IMG/VR virus record: IMGVR_UViG_3300011339_000793
Coordinates: 58,902-122,901 of that record
Direction: 5' to 3' (one strand)
DNA length: 64,000 nucleotides
From: a virus
A model generated the notes under the pieces. It was given only the letters and a program-made list of their open reading frames with translations. It ran no database searches and had not been told where the DNA came from. Below are positions 57,473 to 64,000 of this stretch, in pieces (the stretch's first letter is position 1; the number at the start of each line of letters is the position of its first letter). The position numbers and the translations under genes were made by a program.

Positions 57473-58001
57473 AAGCACAGACGAAAGATTCTGGCAAAAA
57501 GTCCTCATTGATGAAGAAGAGGATGATTGTTGGTGGTGGGTTGCCGCAACAACAAGTAGTGGTTATGGAGCATTTTCTTATAGAAAGCACCAAATCCTTA
57601 CTGCTCATAAAATCTCTTACGCCTTAGCAAAAAACAAAAAGGTATACACCTCTTCCAAACTTCACGTTATGCATCTATGCGACAACAAACTTTGCGTCAA
57701 CCCAGAGCACCTTCAACTAGGGACTCCAAAAGAGAATCTAGAAATGGCTATTGAAAGAGGTCTAAAAAAGTCTATTGGAGAGGTAGTTGGTAGACCAATA
57801 CTAAATAAATACTGTAGACACGGCCACGAAAGAACAGAAGAGAATACTATTTACAAAAGCAAAAACGGATATAGATATCCTCTATGTAAGCCTTGCTATC
57901 AAGAAAGCACTCGTAAGTATCGTAAAAAGGCTAAAGTAAAACTCCGCGAATACCATCGAAAGTATAGAGCCCAGCGCAAACTCAAACCCCCTCCCCCCTA
58001 A
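57453..58001 (+). CDS. HNH endonuclease (HNH_3-type) with Zn-finger C-terminus
   Basis: CWWW...SGYG, HVMHLCDNKLCVNPEHL..GT..EN; CRHGH..ENT..CKPC. Confidence 0.9.
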   Translation: MKLKWNKSTDERFWQKVLIDEEEDDCWWWVAATTSSGYGAFSYRKHQILTAHKISYALAKNKKVYTSSKLHVMHLCDNKLCVNPEHLQLGTPKENLEMAIERGLKKSIGEVVGRPILNKYCRHGHERTEENTIYKSKNGYRYPLCKPCYQESTRKYRKKAKVKLREYHRKYRAQRKLKPPPP

Positions 58002-58071
58002 ACCCCCTCTTTTCGTCCTCGTCTTTTAACGGCAAGAGAGCGCGAAAGAATGAACTTTTTATTATATAAAG

Positions 58072-58266
58072 TTATCTACATACGGCGCAATAAAATGGCG
58101 TGCGAAGGTTTTCTTCTTTAGTAACAATTACTTGAGAACACTTAGAGCATCTAGCATCTACTAGCCCGCGCTCTTTTAGAGAACTATTAGTTTTTATACT
58201 CCAAGAGCGAGTGTAGTAAAACTTAGTCAAGTACCAAGTAATTGCTATACAAGTTATCGTAATCAA
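58072..58266 (-). CDS. Small TM plus Zn-ribbon protein
   Basis: CSKC..CAVC. Confidence 0.55.
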   Translation of the reverse strand: MITITCIAITWYLTKFYYTRSWSIKTNSSLKERGLVDARCSKCSQVIVTKEENLRTPFYCAVCR

Positions 58267-58508
58267 TCTTTGTTCTCCTTTTCTGTTTCAATACTCCAAC
58301 ACTGTTTACATATCCAAGCATCTAACTCTGGCTTCCATAGATAAGTAACTCTTTTAGGTATCTTGCTGCTACACAAAGGACAAGTTGCTTTCGCATCTTT
58401 TTCTTTAACCCATGTTTGAGGCATGGCCGTAATATATCTTTAGAGGGATAAAAAGAGAATTTGACTTTCTATTGTATAACTGCTACACTTGCTTTTGGAG
58501 GTAGATAA

Positions 58509-58802
58509 GTGGCAAAAGAAAAAGACATATATGACATAGGAAGATATTTTCTAAAAGACATTCCAGCAGATGTCTCTGCTGTCTTAGAGATAGAAGGTGT
58601 CAGACCCATAAAGGCTGGCAGTAAGTTCAAGGCTCATAATGAACGGGGATTGTTTACCTTTCTATATGTCCAAGCAGGGCAGATAACCTGCTTTGACCCT
58701 CAGGGGCAGTTCAGAGCCTTACCTATCAGCAAGGTCAAAAGGTCAGTCAACCCCTCAAAAAGAGAGAAAGCGGCTAAAGTAGCAAAGAAAGCCAAAGTTT
58801 GA
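58509..58802 (+). CDS. Hypothetical protein (SH3-like)
   Basis: Promoter TTGACT-17-TACACT at 58461-58489; SD GGAGG. Confidence 0.65.
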   Translation: MAKEKDIYDIGRYFLKDIPADVSAVLEIEGVRPIKAGSKFKAHNERGLFTFLYVQAGQITCFDPQGQFRALPISKVKRSVNPSKREKAAKVAKKAKV

Positions 58803-58835
58803 CTTTTACAGTTTTAAGTGTATTCTTTACTCACT

Positions 58836-58991
58836 ATGACAAAAGGACAAAAAGAAATGACAAAGAGCGCAGTCAGGGTTGTTATCTGCCCTGAGTGTAA
58901 AGCCGAGTTTCCCGTTCCCAAAGGGTTTGCTCATACTGTGTTGATGAAACATATGAAAGAACATATGAAGCAACATAAAGAAGTTCGATAA
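58836..58991 (+). CDS. Small C2H2-like zinc-finger protein
   Basis: Hand-translated CPEC...KHMKEH; promoter TTGACT-16-TATTCT. Confidence 0.55.
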   Translation: MTKGQKEMTKSAVRVVICPECKAEFPVPKGFAHTVLMKHMKEHMKQHKEVR

Positions 58992-59245
58992 AACTTCTGA
59001 TACACTTTTGGTAACTGGGCCCTTCCTTAGTGATGGACTTTAGTTACCGCCTTCGCCCCTACCTAGACTCAACCCTAGTAGTAGGGGCGTAGTGCTTAAC
59101 AGCCCAACCCACACCCTCTCTCCCTCCCTCTCTGGACTTCCCCGTTTTCTTATATCGGCAAGAGAGCGCGAAAGAATGAACTTTTTATTGTATAGTTTTT
59201 TGCTAATCAAACCTTAGGTAAAGGCTAAGAAACCTTAGGTAAAGG

Positions 59246-59776
59246 CTAAGGGCATTTTTGTTCAAAGTGGTAGTAAGGGGCACTTGTATAGATGTCGTTC
59301 TTGTCAGCAATCTGTAAAGCCTTTTCCCAACTTGCTCCGGCTTGTAGTGCTCCCAAGGCATAGTTAGAACCCGTACCGACCCCGTAGAACCCGTCATCTC
59401 TCATATATACAGTGCAGTTGTCGTCAAGTTCGTAGATAACTCCTCTAAGAGCAATCAAGAATACATAACCTGATTCACTATCTTTTCTGTCTAATATGTA
59501 TTCGTTCTTTTTTAGACAGGCTCTTATGCTTGGTCCTACTTTAGTAACTACAAACTTGTACAAATCTTTGTTCTTAGGGACCCTAGGAGGATTCCATATA
59601 TGTTGAATAATGTCGCACGCTTGAGCATCTCCTGCCCCCGCAACCAAATACTCTCCTCTTTCAGTCACCTTCATTACGCTTGGGTGGGAGTAAGGTCTAC
59701 CATCTTCCCCAGCGGTTCTTGAGTCGCAAGCCAATAGACAACCAAGGTTCTTCTGTATTCCTATTATTGTTGTCAT
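59246..59776 (-). CDS. Proteasome beta/HslV-like Ntn-hydrolase protease (copy 2)
   Basis: (M)TTIIGI..ACDSR, LVAGAGD, GVGTGSNYALGAL, DIYTS. Confidence 0.8.
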   Translation of the reverse strand: MTTIIGIQKNLGCLLACDSRTAGEDGRPYSHPSVMKVTERGEYLVAGAGDAQACDIIQHIWNPPRVPKNKDLYKFVVTKVGPSIRACLKKNEYILDRKDSESGYVFLIALRGVIYELDDNCTVYMRDDGFYGVGTGSNYALGALQAGASWEKALQIADKNDIYTSAPYYHFEQKCP

Positions 59777-59968
59777 GCCACAAGAATAGCCTAAACAAAC
59801 GTGAAACCAGGGTAGACATCCCAAAGTTGTTTGGATGTTGCTAGAAGTATCTTAACATACGTTTTACCTCCTATGCCAAAAAATCGTCCAATGTGACACT
59901 TAGAAAAGGCCATATATCGAGGGCAATATCCATACACCCTTAGTTGTAAGTCTGTATGTATTGTTGTA

Positions 59969-60392
59969 TTGTTATGCTCACAGGACAACCTGTTTTATGA
60001 AAGGAAACATCATATGGACTGGAAAACACCGTTCGAGATTGCTTTTCAACTAGGCATGGCTGCTATTGGCTGGGCTTTAGTTTTGATTATAGTTTTTCTT
60101 ATCTTTGCTATCTCTTATGCTGCAGTGACCACTATTGCCAGCAGTTGGAGAAAAAAGAAGAACCCTCAAGATATAAAGAAAACTATTCTAAAAGTAGTAA
60201 ATAAAAGTGAATAAAGAAATTACTTTTCAGAGGAAAGTAGTTTTAGGGAGTGGAACTTGGGATAGGTGGGGCTTTGGAGTGTCTTACTGCCACTACAGTC
60301 GTGCTATTGCTATTGAACTTATACATTGGTATTTCTATATAGAAGTCTGGCCTAAGGGTGCAGGTTTTGAAAAAGCAGAGCAAACCGAGTGA
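59969..60392 (+). CDS. Two small hypothetical ORFs (TM protein ~60015-60214; 60207-60392)
   Basis: ORF track. Confidence 0.55.
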
Positions 60393-61042
60393 GTAAGGGT
60401 ATTGCTTATTGCTACGCAAGAGTCTCCACTGCTATGCAAGCAGAAGAAGGGGTCAGCCTTGATGCTCAAGAGAAACAACTTATTTTTGCTGCCGAGTCTC
60501 AAGGCTATACAGTTGAAATGCTTCGTGAAGAAGGTAAGTCTGGTAAGAATATAAAAGGAAGACCAGTCTTAAGAAAAGCCTTAGAAGACCTAGATGCTGG
60601 AAAAGCAGAAGCATTATTTGTAACTAGATTAGACAGACTTGCTCGCTCAACTAGAGACTTTTTAGACATAGTTGACCGTTCACATAAACACAATTGGCGT
60701 CTAGCGTTGCTTGATTTAGGTTTAGATACTGCCACTTATCAAGGTCGGTTTGTTGTAACCATTATGTCTGCTATGGCAGAAATGGAGCGTGGAATGATTT
60801 CTATGCGTCAAAAAGACATCCACGAAGACCGAAGAAGTAGTGGTAAACGCTGGGGAATTGATTTAGGTCCTCTACCTCTTGTTAGTTCAGATATAAGAAC
60901 AAGAATTGTAAAAGAAAGAACTCTTGGTTTATCTTATAAAGAAATAGCAGATAATCTAAATAAAGATTTAGTTCCTACAGTCTTATCTGGTAAAAAATGG
61001 TATGCGTCTACTGTTCGTGAAATATACATTCGCGTTTCGTAG
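60389..61042 (+). CDS. Small serine recombinase (resolvase/invertase family)
   Basis: YARVST..Q, SGK...RP.L, VTRLDRLARS, AEMERGMIS.R; short C-terminal DNA-binding region. Confidence 0.9.
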   Translation: MSKGIAYCYARVSTAMQAEEGVSLDAQEKQLIFAAESQGYTVEMLREEGKSGKNIKGRPVLRKALEDLDAGKAEALFVTRLDRLARSTRDFLDIVDRSHKHNWRLALLDLGLDTATYQGRFVVTIMSAMAEMERGMISMRQKDIHEDRRSSGKRWGIDLGPLPLVSSDIRTRIVKERTLGLSYKEIADNLNKDLVPTVLSGKKWYASTVREIYIRVS

Positions 61043-61102
61043 TTTTTTCTTAGTGTAAAATACTCTTATAACAAATCATCCTGTGGTGGGAGTATTGTAT
61101 AA

Positions 61103-64000
61103 ATGTTGCGCCATTGCGCTGCTAGTTTTATTAGTTTGCCCTATTGTAGAAAAGTAATAATAGGGCTATTTGGCTATTCCTTTTTTGTAGTAATCTATTC
61201 AATACTTACCCCTTCATTGGCTTATGCCACTGAGAGTTCCACTCAAAACGGAGGTGCTTCGGAAAATAATAATTTAGATTCCAATGCGTCATCGGAGGTG
61301 GTCCAACAAGACCCTTCAGTTGTCTCAGCGCAAGGGACAGTGACTGAAGCGTCAACTGCTGTAGCAACGGCAGAGTCTGCGGTAACAACATTAGAAACAA
61401 AAGTAACTCAACTTACGGAGGTAGCATCATCAATATCTCAACCAGCCCAGGTCGTAACTACTGCTATACAAGGCGCAACTAACTCTGTAGAGACAGCCAG
61501 CGTAGCCACCCAGTCGGCAGCATCAGCAGTTAGCACAGCGCAAACAGCCATCACAGCAACGGAAACTGCCAATCAAACTTTGGCTCAAGCAACCTCTACA
61601 GTTGCGACACAGACAGCGGTAGTTGCACAAGCACAAACAACTCTTACACAGGCATCAGCAGCAGTAGATTCTCAAGAAGCAGTAGTCGTCTCTGCTCAGT
61701 CGGAAGCAACATCAGCAGCAGCAGCAGCAAGTGCTGCAAACACAACTACAACAGTTACAGAGACTTTTGCTAATAACACCACAAGCGTAGTTACAGTCAC
61801 TACTGGCTCGGGTGTGTCTATCGGAGGCAATTGGAATACTGCTCAAACATCAGGACCAGCACTTGTAATTATTAATCCAGCAAACAATGTTGTAATTGAT
61901 GTGAACCCAAGTAATACAGGAACTGTTACTTCTGTAACTATGGGCGTATACGCTAAAAATGGCGATACAACAATGACAGCAACAAACACAGATGGCTCAA
62001 CTAACACAACAATTATTGATAATAATGTTTCTTCCCAAACACAGGCGGTTGGTTACACTTCTACTGAAACTATAACTGGCTCATCCATCGAGACGCTAAC
62101 AATTACAAAAGATGCTGATTACTACATTATTGATAATATTGCTGTAACTAAGACTTCTTCAGACCCTGCTCTAACAGCAGCAGCAGAGTCAGCAGCAACT
62201 GCTCTTTCCACGGAGCAAAGCACTCTTACAACTTTACAGACAGCAGAAGCAACTGCGACTACAACTCTCTCTACCGAGCAAGGAATTCTTACAACTTCAC
62301 AGACGGCACAAGTTAATGCTCAGGCGGCAGCAACTACCGCTACAACAACTATGCAGACAGCAGCCACCACCGCTCTCTCATCTTCCGAAACAGCAACAGC
62401 CTCTGTAGCAGAAGCAGTTGTTGTTATTGCTGTAGCGCAAGTAGTTGTTTCTTCAGCAGCAATTGAGACAGTATCCAGTGCACTACAGACAATTGTTGCT
62501 TCTTCGGATGCTCTACCAATACAAAAAACAGAAATAGTTGCAGTAGTTGATGCCGCTGTTGATGCAGTCGTTGAGGCGCAAGAAGCCATTGAGACAGCAA
62601 CAACATCTATGCAAACAGCCCAAACGCTTGCAGAGACTGCTCCTACAGTAGAAGCAGCAACAGCAGTAGTTGTAGATAAGACAGAAGTTTTAGCGCAAGC
62701 GCAAGCAGAAGTAGATGCTCAGGAAGTAGTGGTGGCACAAGCCACTTCCGCTGAGGCTGCTGCACAAGCAGTGGTAGATGCTGCTACATCTCCTGGATTA
62801 AAAGTAGAGGTTTATAACACTCAGGGGCAAAACAATGCTCCAGTATTACCAACAAATGCTGTTCCTATTCTGACAACTACAGATACAAATGGAATTAATG
62901 AGCAATGGGGTGGAGGAGCAGTTGCGGGCTCTAATCGCAGCGAGGATGTAATTGTTAAATACTCTGGTCAACTAACTGCCCCTGTTACTGGAACGATTAG
63001 TCTTTATGCTCCAGGAGATGACGGAGTGAGAGTTATTCTTGATGGAAATACTGTTATAAATGACTGGTTTGATAAAGGTGGGGGTGGCTCTACACGCACC
63101 TATAATGTTGTAGCCAATGACCCGATGGACTTTGTTCTTTGGTATTACGAAAACGGCGGAGGCGCCTGGGTTCAATTTTATTGGAACTTAGGAGCAGGAA
63201 CTGCAATAGTTCCAGGCTCAGCATTTACTCAATCAAGTGCAACTTCACAACAACTTTCTGATTTAGCAACTGCTGAAGCAACTCTTGCTCAAGAACAAGA
63301 CGAACTTGAAGTTTTAGATTTACAGGAAGACGTTGCCCAACAAAACTTACTAGGTGCCCAGCAGAACTTAGTAGCCGCTCAGACTGCTGTAACTGCTATG
63401 GAAACTGCTGTTTCAGATGCACAGACTGCAATAACAAAAACAGTAGAGGCTATTGCTGCTGTCCAAACTGCACAGACAACAGTTCAAGAAGAAGTCATTC
63501 TGCAAAGCCCTATCGAAGCCCCAACAAACATTGTTGTTACACAGTTAGAGAATGGCGATATTCAGGTTTCTTGGGACCCACCATCAGGAATAATATCCCC
63601 AGAGCGTTATGCAATTTCGTGGTCCGCTGGGAATAGCGGATGGGGAATAGCAACTGGTAACGCAGGAGATGCAAATGCTCTTAACACAAGCATTGTTCTT
63701 TCAGCATCTTTGTTTGAGTCAACTGGTGGATTAGATACTACATATCAAATTAGTGTTCGCTCAGATAATGACTCACTTGCTAAATATTCAAGCGTAGTTG
63801 CTACTCAAGTTTTTGTTGATGATTTAACTCCACCTCCTCCTCCACCTCCTCCAGTAGAACCAGAACCAGAACAACCTCCTGTTGAACCAGAGCCTCCAAT
63901 CGAACCTCCTGCTGAAGAACCTCCAGCTGAAGAACCACCAGCAGAAGAACCTCCTGCTGAAGAACCTCCTGCTGAAGAACCTCCTGCTGAAGAACCCCCT
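61103..64000 (+). CDS. Large secreted/surface protein (>966 aa, truncated): signal/TM, Ala/Thr-rich stalk, PA14 domain, FN3 domain, (EEPPA)n repeats
   Basis: Hand-translated; GLKVEVY...DDGVRVILDG..VINDW..WYYENGGGA (PA14); APTNIVV..VSWDPP..Y (FN3); open to window end, absent from ORF track. Confidence 0.8.
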   Translation, partial: MLRHCAASFISLPYCRKVIIGLFGYSFFVVIYSILTPSLAYATESSTQNGGASENNNLDSNASSEVVQQDPSVVSAQGTVTEASTAVATAESAVTTLETKVTQLTEVASSISQPAQVVTTAIQGATNSVETASVATQSAASAVSTAQTAITATETANQTLAQATSTVATQTAVVAQAQTTLTQASAAVDSQEAVVVSAQSEATSAAAAASAANTTTTVTETFANNTTSVVTVTTGSGVSIGGNWNTAQTSGPALVIINPANNVVIDVNPSNTGTVTSVTMGVYAKNGDTTMTATNTDGSTNTTIIDNNVSSQTQAVGYTSTETITGSSIETLTITKDADYYIIDNIAVTKTSSDPALTAAAESAATALSTEQSTLTTLQTAEATATTTLSTEQGILTTSQTAQVNAQAAATTATTTMQTAATTALSSSETATASVAEAVVVIAVAQVVVSSAAIETVSSALQTIVASSDALPIQKTEIVAVVDAAVDAVVEAQEAIETATTSMQTAQTLAETAPTVEAATAVVVDKTEVLAQAQAEVDAQEVVVAQATSAEAAAQAVVDAATSPGLKVEVYNTQGQNNAPVLPTNAVPILTTTDTNGINEQWGGGAVAGSNRSEDVIVKYSGQLTAPVTGTISLYAPGDDGVRVILDGNTVINDWFDKGGGGSTRTYNVVANDPMDFVLWYYENGGGAWVQFYWNLGAGTAIVPGSAFTQSSATSQQLSDLATAEATLAQEQDELEVLDLQEDVAQQNLLGAQQNLVAAQTAVTAMETAVSDAQTAITKTVEAIAAVQTAQTTVQEEVILQSPIEAPTNIVVTQLENGDIQVSWDPPSGIISPERYAISWSAGNSGWGIATGNAGDANALNTSIVLSASLFESTGGLDTTYQISVRSDNDSLAKYSSVVATQVFVDDLTPPPPPPPPVEPEPEQPPVEPEPPIEPPAEEPPAEEPPAEEPPAEEPPAEEPPAEEPP

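Larger units (their letters stand above)
56895..59195. repeat. Three dispersed ~45-bp direct repeats CGGCAAGAGAGCGC(GAAAGAATGAACTTTTTATT[AG]TATA)
   Basis: Cores at 56895, 58030, 59156, each preceded by a C-rich tract. Confidence 0.85.

Noticed and set aside
60389-61042. Integrase indicating a prophage
   Set aside because: Too short for a large serine integrase; no att site, host genes or repressor cassette seen; the whole window looks phage-like
1-64000. Alternative genetic code
   Set aside because: Long genes are intact under code 11 and end in TAA, TAG and TGA; the tRNAs have ordinary anticodons

Overview
64 kb segment of a large tailed dsDNA phage (Caudoviricetes), roughly 40% GC by eye. 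The host is almost certainly an actinobacterium: the window encodes WhiB and DUF3039, uses AGAAAGG(G)-type Shine-Dalgarno sites, and has leaderless genes. The gene set resembles freshwater actinophages, which is an inference from recall. Layout: (i) 1-14.2 kb, a leftward head module: HTH gene, DUF1360, portal, a 319-aa head-associated protein and a 3213-aa multidomain protein with a DEDDh exonuclease and a C-terminal HipA/PI3K-like kinase; (ii) 14.2-18.2 kb, a divergent control region with operator-like palindromes and three repeated promoter cassettes; (iii) 18.2-38 kb, a leftward array of small early-type genes with strong sigma-70-type promoters, plus lytic transglycosylase, phosphatase, Ntn-protease and MoxR-AAA/VWA genes; (iv) 38-44 kb, a motif-rich noncoding block, a probable small terminase, holin and glycosyltransferases; (v) 44-64 kb, endolysin, class II RNR, WhiB, NrdH, SpeD, SNase, 2 tRNAs, Hsp20, two DNA methyltransferases, two HNH nucleases, a second Ntn-protease, a serine recombinase and a large secreted PA14/FN3 protein truncated at the window end. 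The most notable observations are the giant polyvalent protein (possible kinase/immunity/phosphatase system) and several families of dispersed noncoding motifs: a 15-bp stoperator-like repeat, a partner box, CTACT-N4-AGTAG palindromes, a C[CG]GTT field around the terminase gene, and three ~45-bp repeats spaced ~1.13 kb apart. GATC and AGCT appear almost absent. No CRISPR array or rRNA was seen. All domain calls come from motif recognition by eye, not database searches.
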